A stretch of 64,000 nt of DNA from the NCBI GenBank assembly GCA_032718475.1, contig JAUCBJ010001841.1, positions 1 to 64,000 of the forward strand, given 5' to 3'. Below, piece after piece: positions 1-13,700 of this stretch. Position numbers and translations under genes: made by a program. A model generated the notes under the pieces. The model had not been told where the DNA came from. It made no database searches and saw nothing but the letters and a program-made list of their open reading frames with translations. Numbering within the stretch: position 1 is the stretch's first letter; every line of letters starts with the position of its first letter. Source of the stretch: Nemertoderma westbladi (taxonomy: Eukaryota; Animalia; Xenacoelomorpha).

Positions 1-133
1 AAAATTGACTTTCAAACTTGTCCAATTTTCTAGCTCTCTTTAAATATTAATATAAATCCTTCCTTTGGGAGAATATAATTCTTGTTATTCTCGCATCCTC
101 TATGGCCCGTGGTTTATGGTTATTTACTTGCAG

Positions 134-3100
134 GGTTTGGCTTGCGATGGGATAGCAGATTGCCTTGACGGTTCAGACGAAGCCTCCTTCTGCCATCAAC
201 CCGCCAAGTACCAACGACCCATTGTCGTGAGTCACTGCGGCCCTCACGAATTCCGCTGTCAAGATGGCCAATGTGTGGACGAGGTAGGTGCACTGAACCT
301 GTACGACGGACCATGAGCAAACAGAACCAATATAGAATACATAATACTCGAATCATCACTATTTGGTTGTATTTTCAAGCGATATGTATTCTTATCCATC
401 CAGCTGTGTGTTTGCGACGGGTTCTACCAATGTGAAGACCACTCCGACGAATGGGCAACGTGCGACCAGCAGGCCGAACAGTTACAAGTCCATTCTGCCA
501 GCCAACCGTCGCATTGTTATTCCAACGACTTCCGCTGCAATAACGGAAAGTGCCTCCATAAGGATTACCTGTGTAATATGATTGACAACTGCGGTGACGG
601 ATCCGACGAAAGTTTCATTATGTGTCGTTTGCTCTACTCCAAATTCGTGTCCGCACAGCCGTCGCCAAAGAAACCAGTCCCACAACCACGACCACAACCA
701 TTCCCACAACCACATTCTGAACCAGTCCCACAACCACGACCAGAACCATTCCCTCAACCACAACCTGAACCACAAACAGTGCCACAACCACGCCCTGAAC
801 TATTCCCTCACCCACGACCCGAACCAGTCCCACAACCACGACCAGAACCATTGCCTCACCCACGACCCGAACCAGTGCCACAACCACGCCCTGAACTATT
901 CCCTCAACCACGACCCGAACTAGTCTCACAACCACGACCTGAACCAGTCCCACAACCACGGCCTGAACCAGTCCCACAACCACGACCAGAACCATTCCCT
1001 CAACCACGACCTGAACCACAAACAGTGCCACAACCACGCCCTGAACTATTCCCTCAACCACGACCCGAACCAGTCCTACAACCACGACCAGAACCATTCC
1101 CTCAACCACGACCTGAACCACAAACAGTGCCACAACCACGCCCTGAACTATTCCCTCAACCACGACCCGAACCAGTCCCACAACCACGACCAGAACCATT
1201 GCCTCACCCACGACCGGAACCAGTCCATCAACCACGACCAGAACCATTGCCTCAACCAAGACCTGAACCACAAACATTATCTCAACCACGACCCGAACCA
1301 GTCCCACAACCACGACCTGAACCATTCCCTCAACCACAAACATTCTCTCAACCACGACCCGAACCAGTCCCACAACCAAAACCATTGCCTCAACCACGAC
1401 CTGAACCATTCCCTCAACCACGACCTGAACCACAAACATTCTCTCAACCACGACACGAACCAGTCCCACAACCACGACCAGAACCATTGTCTCTCCCACG
1501 ACCGCAACCAGTCCATCAACCACGACCTGAACCAGTCCATCAACAACCACGACCTAAACCAGTCCATCAACCACGACCTGAACCAGTCCATCAACAACCA
1601 CGACCTGAACCAGTCCATCAACCACGACCTGAACCTGTCCATCAACCACTACCTGAACCAGTCCATCAACCACGACCAGAACCATTGCCTCACCCACGAC
1701 CGGAACCAGTCCATGAATCACGACCTGAACCAGTCCATCAACCACGACCTGAACCAGTCCATCAACCACGACCTGAACCAGTCCATCAACCACTACCTGA
1801 ACCAGTCCATCAACCACGACCAGAACCATTGCCTCAACCAAGACGTGAACCACAAACAGTGCCACAACCACGACCTGAACCAGTCCCTCAACCACGACCC
1901 GAACCAGTCCCACAACCACGACCTGAACCAGTCCCTCAACCACGACCTGAACCATTCCCTCAACCACGACCTGAACCACAAACATTCTCTCAACCACGAC
2001 CCGAACCAGTCCCACAACCACGACCAGAACCATTGCCTCACCCACTACCGGAACCAGTCCATCAACCACGACCAGAACCATTGCCTCAACCAAGACTTGA
2101 ACCACAAACATTCTCTCAACCACGACCCGAACCAGTCCCACAACCACGACCTGAACCATTCCCTCAACCACGACCTGAACCATTCCCTCAACCACGACCT
2201 GAACCACAAACATTCTCTCAGCCACGCCCCGAACCAGTCCCACAACCACGACCAGAACCATTGCCTCACCACCCACGACCGGAACCATTCCCTCAAACAC
2301 GACCTGAACCACAAAAATTCTCTCAACCACGACCTGAACCAGTCCATCATCAACCACGACCAGCACCATTGCCTCACCCACAACCGGAACCAGTCCATCA
2401 ACCACGACCTGAACCAGTATATCAACCACGACCTGAACCAGTCCATCAACCACTACCTGAACCAGTCAATCAACCACGACCAGCACCATTGCCTCACCCA
2501 CAACCGGAACCAGTCCATCAACCACGACCTGAACCAGTCCATCAACCACGACCTGAACCAGTCCATCAACCACTACCTGAACCAGTCAATCAACCACGAC
2601 CAGAACCATTGCCTCAACCAAGACCTGAACCACAAACATTTTCTCAACCACGACCTGAACCATTCCCTCAACCACGACCTGAACCATTCCCTCAACCACG
2701 ACCTGAACCACAAACATTCCCTCAACCACGACCCGAACCAGTCCCGCAACCACGACCTGAACCATTCCCTCAACCACGACCCGAACCAGTCCCGCAACCA
2801 CGACCTGAACCATTCCCTCAACCACGACCTGAACCATTCCCTCAACCACGACCTGAACCACAAACATTCCCTCAACCACGACCCGAACCAGTCCCGCAAC
2901 CACGACCTGAACCATTCCCTCAACCACGACCCGAACCAGTCCCGCAACCACGACCTGAACCATTCCCTCAACCACGACCTGAACCATTCCCTCAACCACG
3001 ACCTGAACCACAAACATTCCCTCAACCACGACCCGAACCAGTCCCGCAACCACGACCTGAACCATTCCCTCAACCACGACCTGAACCATTCCCTCAACCA

Positions 3101-4452
3101 CGACCTGAACCACAAACATTCCCTCAACCACGACCCGAACCAGTCCCGCAACCACGACCTGAACCATTCCCTCAACCACGACCCGAACCAGTCCCGCAAC
3201 CACGACCTGAACCATTCCCTCAACCACGACCTGAACCACAAACATTCCCTCAACCACGACCCGAACCAGTCCCACAACCACGACCAGAACCATTGCCTCA
3301 ACCACGACCCGAACCAGTCCCGCAACCACGACCTGAACCATTCCCTCAACCACGACCTGAACCAGTCCCGCAACCACGACCTGAACCATTCCCTCAACCA
3401 CGACCCGAACCAGTCCCGCAACCACGACCTGAACCATTCCCTCACCCACGACCGGAACCAGTCCCTCAACCTCTTCCACAATCATTGCCTCAACGGCACC
3501 CAGAACCACAAACCGTACCACGACCAGATACATGTGAGGAGTTCCTATGCTACAGCGGGGAATGTATCACAAATTTACAGGTAATTTAACAAATTTCAAT
3601 GTACTATTATCGGGTATCACCCATTAATATCTTACAGAAGAAGTACAAGCTTTGTAATCGAATCAGTTATTGTATCACATCATTTTCTAACTACAATTTA
3701 TAATTGTAGAACTAACTTGGTTATAATCAGACTTATTAATTTCGGTATTTTATTTCACATAGACATGTGATTGTAAGGTTGATTGTAATGATGGATCAGA
3801 TGAGGGCGCATTCTGCCACTTTATTGGACGTAAATTAATAGAACCAACACTAAACCCAGTGGTGAATAAACCAATAGGACAATACCTTGAGGTAAATCAA
3901 CCAATAGGACAATACCCAGCGGTGAATCAACCAATAGGACAATACCCAGAGTTAAATCAACCAATATGGCAACACCCAGAGGTGAACCCCGTGATGATTC
4001 AGCCAATATGGCAACAACCACAATTTAATCAACCAATATGGCAACACCCAGAGGTAAACCAGCCAACAGGACAACACCCAGACCTAAATCAACCCTCTCA
4101 GGTCAACAGCAATTATAACATTCCGCGCTGTATGTCCGGCTATTTATGTTTGTCTGGGGAATGTGTCCAGCCGAATGACTGCGCTTGTGACGGCATCGTA
4201 GACTGTGCAGATGGGACTGATGAATACGATTGTGAAACAGTTCCCGGTCATATCGCTTATGAAACATCGGCAGAAACCGGTGGCACAGTGCCAAACACAG
4301 GTTACCAAGAGAGCACAGATGACAATGTCCCGTACCAAGGCGATAGAGTCCCACACACAGGTGATACCGCACCATACCACAAGATAAACCGCGGGTATAG
4401 ATCAGTAGATCTTCAGTCTACGCCAGTGGAATGTCCGCTCTGGAATTACTAA
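134..4452 (+). CDS. 3' part of a multi-exon gene encoding LDLa modules plus a long Pro/Gln-rich tandem repeat; exons 134-283, 404-3580, 3763-4452; 5' exons lie outside the window
   Basis: The spliced frame reads CDGIADCLDGSDE..C, CGPHEFRCQDGQCVDE|LCVCDGFYQCEDHSDE, CYSNDFRCNNGKCLHKDYLCNMIDNCGDGSDE, (PQPRPE)n, CEEFLCYSGECITNLQ|TCDCKVDCNDGSDE and CMSGYLCLSGECVQPNDCACDGIVDCADGTDE, all LDLa consensus. GT..AG phase-0 introns at 284-403 and 3581-3762 keep the frame; stop TAA at 4450-4452. Confidence 0.85.
670..3530 (+). repeat. Coding minisatellite (~24-bp unit with 12-bp insert variants) encoding (PQPRPE[PV/PF/PL/PQTF])n
   Basis: Units such as CAACCACGACCTGAACCAGTCCC/CCATTCCC repeat in frame throughout the exon. 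Confidence 0.95.
3859..4100 (+). repeat. 30-bp coding repeat, about 7 copies, NQPIGQYPEV / NQPIWQHPEV
   Basis: Seen directly in the translation of the last exon. Confidence 0.85.
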
Positions 4453-4755
4453 ACGAACTTACGACCCCCACGAATCGCATCATTACACTTGTACAATAAT
4501 AATTTCAAGGTTAATTGAATGTGCTTATTATGTATGAGTAATATTATATATGTTTATTAGTTTAATCCTATTTACATGTAAAATACAATTATTTATGTTA
4601 CGCAGATTTCTTATCTATATAATAATCTTGTCAATATTAATAAGCTCATGTATGCTTCTGTAATGGATTGGTCATCAGTGCCAAAGTTGATGATGTTCCC
4701 CATAAAACGAAGTTAGAACAATTTCGAAGCCAGAATAACAAGAGAACAATAATCT

Positions 4756-7700
4756 CCCCAGAACAATTAATACTCCCCAGAACAATACTCCCCAGAACAT
4801 ACTCCCCAGAACAATACTCCCCAGAACATACACCCCAGAACAATACTCCCCAGAACAATACTCCCCAGAACAATACTCCCCAGAACAATACTCTCCAGAA
4901 CAATACTCCCCAGATCAATACTCTCCAGAACAATACTCCCCAGAACAATACTCCCCAGAACAATACTCTCCAGAACAATACTCCCCAGAACAATACTCTC
5001 CAGAACAATACTCCCCAGAACAATACTCTCCAGAACAATACTCCCCAGAACAATACTCTCCAGAACAATACTCCCCAGAACAATACTCTCCAGAACAATA
5101 CTCCCCAGAACAATACTCTCCAGAACAATACTCCCCAGATCAATACTCCCCAGAACAATACTCCGCAGAACAATACTCCCCAGAACAAGACTCCCCAGAA
5201 CAATACTCTCCAGAACAATACTCCCCAGATCAATACTCTCCAGAACAATACTCCCCAGAACAATACTCCCCAGAACAATACTCTCCAGAACAATACTCCC
5301 CAGAACAATACTCCCCAGAACAATACTCTCCAGAACAATACTCCCCAGAACAATACTCCCGAGAACAATACTCTCCAGAACAATACTCCCCAGAACAATA
5401 CTCCCCAGAACAATACTCTCCAGAACAATACTCCCCAGAACAATACTCTCCAGAACAATACTCCCCAGAACAATACTCTCCAGAACAATACTCCCCAGAA
5501 CAATACTCTCCAGAACAATACTCCCCAGATCAATACTCCCCAGAACAATACTCCGCAGAACAATACTCCCCAGAACAAGACTCCCCAGAACAATACTCTC
5601 CAGAACAATACTCCCCAGATCAATACTCTCCAGAACAATACTCCCCAGAACAATACTCCCCAGAACAATACTCTCCAGAACAATACTCCCCAGAACAATA
5701 CTCTCCAGAACAATACTCCCCAGAACAATACTCTCCAGAACAATACTCCCCAGATCAATACTCCCCAGAACAATACTCCGCAGAACAATACTCCCCAGAA
5801 CAAGACTCCCCAGAACAATACTCTCCAGAACAATACTCCCCAGATCAATACTCTCCAGAACAATACTCTCCAGAACAATACTCCCCAGATCAATACTCTC
5901 CAGAACAATACTCCCCAGAACAATACTCTCCAGAACAATACTCCCCAGAACAATACTCCCCAGAACAATACTCCCCAGAACAATACTCCCCAGAACAATA
6001 CTCTCCAGAACAATACTCCCCAGATCAATACTCTCCAGAACAATACTCCCCAGAACAATACTCCCCAGAACAATACTCTCCAGAACAATACTCCCCAGAA
6101 CAATACTCTCCAGAACAATACTCCCCAGAACAATACTCTCCAGAACAATACTCCCCAGAACAATACTCTCCAGAACAATACTCCCCAGATCAATACTCCC
6201 CAGAACAATACTCCGCAGAACAATACTCCCCAGAACAAGACTCCCCAGAACAATACTCTCCAGAACAATACTCCCCAGATCAATACTCTCCAGAACAATA
6301 CTCCCCAGAACAATACTCCCCAGAACAATACTCTCCAGAACAATACTCCCCAGAACAATACTCTCCAGATCAATACTCTCCAGAACAATACTCCCCAGAA
6401 CAATACTCCCCAGAACAATACTCTCCAGAACAATACTCCCCAGAACAATACTCTCCAGAACAATACTCTCCAGAACAATACTCCCCAGAACAATACTCTC
6501 CAGAACAATACTCTCCAGAACAATACTCTCCAGAACAATACTCTCCAGAACAATACTCCCCAGATCAATACTCTCCAGAACAATACTCCCCAGAACAATA
6601 CTCCCCAGAACAATACTCCCCAGAACAATACTCTCCAGAACAATACTCCCCAGAACAATACCTTCCAGAACAATACTCCCCAGAACAATACTCTCCAGAA
6701 CAATACTGCCCAGATCAATACTCCCCAGAACAATACTCCCCAGAACAATAATACTTCGCAGAACAATACTCCCCAGAACAAGACTCCCCAGAACAATACT
6801 CTCCAGAACAATACTCCCCAGAACAATTCTCCCCAGAACAATACTCCAGAACAATACTCTCCAGAACAATACTCCCCAGAACAATACTCTCCAGAACAAT
6901 ACTCTCCAGAACAATACTCCCCAGAACAATACTCTCCAGAACAATACTCTCCAGAACAATACTCCCCAGATCAATACTCCCCAGAACAATACTCCGCAGA
7001 ACAATACTCCCCAGAACAAGACTCCCCAGAACAATACTCCCCAGAACAATACTCTCCAGAACAATACTCTCCAGAACAATACTCTCCAGAACAATACTCC
7101 CCAGATCAATACTCTCCAGAACAATACTCCCCAGATCAATACTCCCCACAACAATACTCTCCAGAACAATTACTCCCCAGAACAATACTCCCCAGAACAA
7201 TACTCACCAGAACAATACTCTCCAGAACAATACTCCCCAGAACAATACTCCCCAGAAAAATACTCTCCAGAACAATACTCTCCAGAACAATACTCCCCAG
7301 AACAATACTCTCCAGAACAATACTCTCCAGAACAATACTCTCCAGAACAATACTCCCCAGAACAATACTCTCCAGAACAATACTCCCCAGATCAATACTC
7401 CCCACAACAATACTCTCCAGAATAATTACTCCCCAGAACAATACTCCCCAGAACAATACTCACCAGAACAATACTCCCCAGAACAATACTCTCCAGAACA
7501 ATACTCCCCAGAACAATACTCTCCAGAACAATACTCCCCAGATCAATACTCCCCACAACAATACTCTCCAGAACAATTACTCCCCAGAACAATACTCCCC
7601 AGAACAATACTCACCAGAACAATACTCCCCAGAACAATACTCTCCAGAACAATACTCCCCAGAACAATACTCTCCAGAACAATTACTCCCCAGAACAATA

Positions 7701-10700
7701 CTCCCCAGAACAATACTCACCAGAACAATACTCCCCAGAACAATACTCTCCAGAACAATACTCCCCAGATCAATACTCCCCACAACAATACTCTCCAGAA
7801 CAATACTCCCCAGATCAATACTCCCCACAACAATACTCTCCAGAACAATTACTCCCCAGAACAATACTCCCCACAACAATACTCTCCAGAACAATACTCC
7901 CCAGATCAATACTCCCCACAACAATACTCTCCAGAACAATTACTCCCCAGAACAATACTCCCCAGAACAATACTCACCAGAACAATACTCACCAGAACAA
8001 TACTCCCCAGAACAATACTCTCCAGAACAATACTCCCCAGAACAATACTCTCCAGAACAATACTCCCCAGATCAATACTCCCCACAACAATACTCTCCAG
8101 AACAATTACTCCCCAGAACAATACTCCCCAGAACAATACTCACCAGAACAATACTCCCCAGAACAATACTCTTCAGAACAATACTCCCCAGAACAATACT
8201 CTCCAGAACAATACTCTCCAGAACAATACTCCCCTAACAATACTCTCCAGAACAATACTCCCCAGATCAATACTCCCCACAACAATACTCTCCAGAACAA
8301 TTACTCCCCAGAACAATACTCCCCAGAACAATACTCACCAGAACAATACTCCCCAGAACAATACTCTCCAGAACAATACTCCCCAGAACAATACTCTCCA
8401 GAACAATACTCCCCAGATCAATACTCCCCACAACAATACTCTCCAGAACAATTACTCCCCAGAACAATACTCTCCAGAACAATACTCCCCAGAACAATAC
8501 TCCCAGATCAATACTCTCCAGAACAATACTCCCCAGAACAATACTCCCCAGAACAATACTCTCCAGAACAATACTCCCCAGAACAATACTCCCCAGAACA
8601 ATACTCACCAGAACAATACTCCCCAGAACAATACTCTCCAGAACAATACTCCCCAGAACAATACTCTCCAGAACAATACTCCCCAGATCAATACTCCCCA
8701 CAACAATACTCTCCAGAACAATTACTCCCCAGAACAATACTCCCCAGATCAATACTCTCCAGAACAATACTCCCCAGAACAATACTCCCCAGAACAATAC
8801 TCTCCAGAACAATACTCCCCAGAACAATACTCTCCAGAACAATTACTCCCCAGAACAATACTCTCCAGAACAATACTCCCCAGAACAATACTCCCCAGAT
8901 CAATACTCTCCAGAACAATTACTCCCCAGAACAATACTCCCCAGAACAATACTCTCCAGAACAATACTCTCCAGAACAATACTCCCGAGAACAATACTCT
9001 CCAGAACAATACTCCCCAGAACAATACTCTCCAGAACAATACTCCCCACAACAATACTCTCCAGAACAATTACTCCCCAGAACAATACTCCCCACAACAA
9101 TACTCTCCAGAACAATTACTCCCCAGAACAATATTCCCCAGAACAATACTCCCCAGAACAATACTCTCCAGAACAATACTCTCCAGAACAATACTCTCCA
9201 GAACAATACTCTCCAGAACAATACTCCCCAGATCAATACTCTCCAGAACAATACTCCCCAGAACAATACTCCCCAGAACAATACTCCCCAGAACAATACT
9301 GCCCAGATCAATACTCCCCAGAACAATACTCCCCAGGACAATACTCCCCAGAACAATACTCTCCAGAACAATACTCCCCAGAACAATACTCTCCAGAACA
9401 ATACTCTCCAGAACAATACTCTCCAGAACAATACTCCCCACAACAATACTCTCCAGAACAATTACTCCCCAGAACAATATTCCCCAGAACAATACTCCCC
9501 AGAACAATACTCCCCAGAACAATACTCTCCAGAACAATACTCTCCAGAACAATACTCTCCAGAACAATACTCTTCAGAACAATACTCCCCAGATCAATAC
9601 TCTCCAGAACAATTCTCCCCAGAACAATACTCCCCAGAACAATACTCCCCAGAACAATACTGCCCAGATCAATACTCCCCAGAACAATACTCCCCAGGAC
9701 AATACTCCCCAGAACAATACTCTCCAGAACAATACTCCCCAGAACAATACTCTCCAGAACAATACTCTCCAGAACAATACTCTCCAGAACAATACTCTCC
9801 AGAACAATACTCCCCAGATCAATACTCTCCAGAACAATACTCCCCAGAACAATACTCCCCAGAACAATACTCCCCAGAACAATACTCTCCAGAACAATAC
9901 TCCCCAGAACAATACCTTCCAGAACAATACTCCCCAGAACAATACTCTCCAGAACAATACTGCCCAGATCAATACTCCCCAGAACAATACTCCCCAGAAC
10001 AATAATACTCCGCAGAACAATACTCCCCAGAACAAGACTCCCCAGAACAATACTCTCCAGAACAATACTCCCCAGAACAATTCTCCCCAGAACAATACTC
10101 CAGAACAATACTCTCCAGAACAATACTCCCCAGAACAATACTCTCCAGAACAATACTCTCCAGAACAATACTCCCCAGAACAATACTCTCCAGAACAATA
10201 CTCTCCAGAACAATACTCCCCAGATCAATACTCCCCAGAACAATACTCCGCAGAACAATACTCCCCAGAACAAGACTCCCCAGAACAATACTCTCCAGAA
10301 CAATACTCCCCAGATCAATACTCTCCAGAACAATACTCCCCAGATCAATACTCCCCACAACAATACTCTCCAGAACAATTACTCCCCAGAACAATACTCC
10401 CCAGAACAATACTCTCCAGAACAATACTCCCCAGAACAATACTCTCCAGAACAATACTCTCCAGAACAATACTCCCCAGAACAATACTCTCCAGAACAAT
10501 ACTCTCCAGAACAATACTCTCCAGAACAATACTCCCCAGAACAATACTCTCCAGAACAATACTCCCCAGATCAATACTCCCCACAACAATACTCTCCAGA
10601 ACAATTACTCCCCAGAACAATACTCCCCAGAACAATACTCACCAAAACAATACTCACCAGAACAATACTCTCCAGAACAATAATACTCTCCAGAACAATA

Positions 10701-13700
10701 CTCCCCAGAACAATACTCCCCAGAACAATACTCACCAGAACAATACTCCCCAGAACAATACTCTCCAGAACAATACTCCCCAGAACAATACTCCCCAGAA
10801 CAATACACCCCAGAACAATACTCCCCAGAACAATACTCTCCAGAACAATACTCCCCAGAACAATACTCCCCAGAACAATACTCCCCAGAACAATACTCCC
10901 CAGAACAATACTCTCCAGAACAATACTCCCCAGAACAATACTCCCCAGAACAATTACTCCCCAGAACAATACTCCCCAGAACAATACTCCCCAGAACAAT
11001 ACTCCCCAGAATAATACTCTCCAGAACAATACTCCCCAGATCAATACTCCCCACAACAATACTCTCCAGAACAATTACTCCCCAGAACAATACTCCCCAG
11101 AACAATACTCACCAGAACAATACTCACCAGAACAATACTCCCCAGAACAATACTCTCCAGAACAATACTCCCCAGAACAATACTCCCCAGAACAATACTC
11201 ACCAGAACAATACTCCCCAGAACAATACTCTCCAGAACAATACTCCCCAGAACAATACTCTCCAGAACAATACTCCCCAGATCAATACTCCCCACAACAA
11301 TACTCCCCACAACAATACTCACCAGAACAATACTCCCCAGAACAATACTCTCCAGAACAATACTCCCCAGAACAATACTCCCCAGAACAATACTCACCAG
11401 AACAATACTCCCCAGAACAATACTCTCCAGAACAATACTCCCCAGAACAATTACTCCCCAGAACAATACTCTCCAGAACAATACTCCCCAGAACAATACT
11501 CTCCAGAACAATACTCCCCACAACAATACTCCCCAGAACAATACTCCCCAGAACAATACTCTCCAGAACAATACTCCCCAGAACAATACTCTCCAGAAAA
11601 ATACTCCCCAGATCAATACTCCCCACAACAATACTCTCCAGAACAATTACTCCCCAGAACAATACTCTCCAGAACAATACTCCCCAGAACAATACTCTCC
11701 AGAACAATACTCCCCAGAACAATACTCCCCAGAACAATACTCCCCAGAACAATACTGCCCAGATCAATACTCCCCAGAACAATACTCCCCAGAACAATAC
11801 TCCCCAGAACAATACTCTCCAGAACAATACTCTCCAGAACAATACTCCCCAGAACAATACTCTCCAGAACAATACTCCCCAGAACAATACCTTCCAGAAC
11901 AATACTCCCCAGAACAATACTCTCCAGAACAATACTGCCCAGATCAATACTCCCCAGAACAATACTCCCCAGAACAATACTCTCCAGAACAATACTCTCC
12001 AGAACAATACTCCCCAGAACAATATTCTCCAGAACAATACTCCCCAGAACAATACCTTCCAGAACAATACTCCCCAGAACAATACTCTCCAGAACAATAC
12101 TCCCCAGAACAATACTCTCCAGAACAATACTCCCCAGAACAATACCTTCCAGAACAATACTCCCCAGAACAATACTCTCCAGAACAATACTGCCCAGATC
12201 AATACTCCCCAGAACAATACTCCCCAGAACAATACTCTCCAGAACAATACTCTCCAGAACAATACTCCCCAGAACAATACTCTCCAGAACAATACTCCCC
12301 AGAACAATACCTTCCAGAACAATACTCCCCAGAACAATACTCTCCAGAACAATACTGCCCAGATCAATACTCCCCAGAACAATACTCCCCAGAACAATAC
12401 CTTCCAGATCAATACTCCCCACAACAATACTCTCCAGAACAATACTCCCCAGAACAATACTCTCCAGAACAATACTCCCCAGAACAATACTCCCCAGAAC
12501 AATACTCCCCAGAACAATACTGCCCAGATCAATACTCCCCAGAACAATACTCCCCAGAACAATACTCTCCAGAACAATACTCTCCAGAACAATACTCCCC
12601 AGAACAATACTCTCCAGAACAATACTCCCCAGAACAATACCTTCCAGAACAATACTCCCCAGAACAATACTCTCCAGAACAATACTGCCCAGATCAATAC
12701 TCCCCAGAACAATACTCCCCAGAACAATACTCTCCAGAACAATACTCTCCAGAACAATACTCTCCAGAACAATACTCCCCAGAACAATACTCTCCAGAAC
12801 AATACTCCCCAGAACAATACCTTCCAGAACAATACTCCCCAGAACAATACTCTCCAGAACAATACTCCCCAGAACAATACTCTCCAGAACAATACTCCCC
12901 AGAACAATACCTTCCAGAACAATACTCCCCAGAACAATACTCTCCAGAACAATACTGCCCAGATCAATACTCCCCAGAACAATACTCCCCAGAACAATAC
13001 TCTCCAGAACAATACTCTCCAGAACAATACTCTCCAGAACAATACTCCCCAGAACAATACTCTCCAGAACAATACTCCCCAGAACAATACTCTCCAGAAC
13101 AATACTCTCCAGAACAATACTCCCCAGAACAATACTCTCCAGAACAATACTCCCCAGAACAATACCTTCCAGAACAATACTCCCCAGAACAATACTCTCC
13201 AGAACAATACTCCCCAGAACAATACTCTCCAGAACAATACTCCCCAGAACAATACCTTCCAGAACAATACTCCCCAGAACAATACTCTCCAGAACAATAC
13301 TGCCCAGATCAATACTCCCCAGAACAATACTCCCCAGAACAATACTCCCCAGAACAATACTCTCCAGAACAATACTCCCCAGAACAATACCTTCCAGAAC
13401 AATACTCCCCAGAACAATACTCTCCAGAACAATACTGCCCAGATCAATACTCCCCAGAACAATACTCCCCAGAACAATACTCTCCAGAACAATACTCCCC
13501 AGAACAATACTCTCCAGAACAATACTCCCCAGAACAATACTCTCCAGAACAATACTCCCCAGAACAATACTCTCCAGAACAATACTCCCCAGAACAATAC
13601 CTTCCAGAACAATACTCCCCAGAACAATACTCTCCAGAACAATACTGCCCAGATCAATACTCCCCAGAACAATACTCCCCAGAACAATACCTTCCAGAAC

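Noticed and set aside
482-3584. Alternative-frame and antisense ORFs over the PQPRPE repeat (NHDLNHS, VVVEG, WFRSWLR)
   Set aside because: Shadows of a 24-bp stop-poor repeat; only the Pro-rich frame connects to LDLa modules through valid splice sites.
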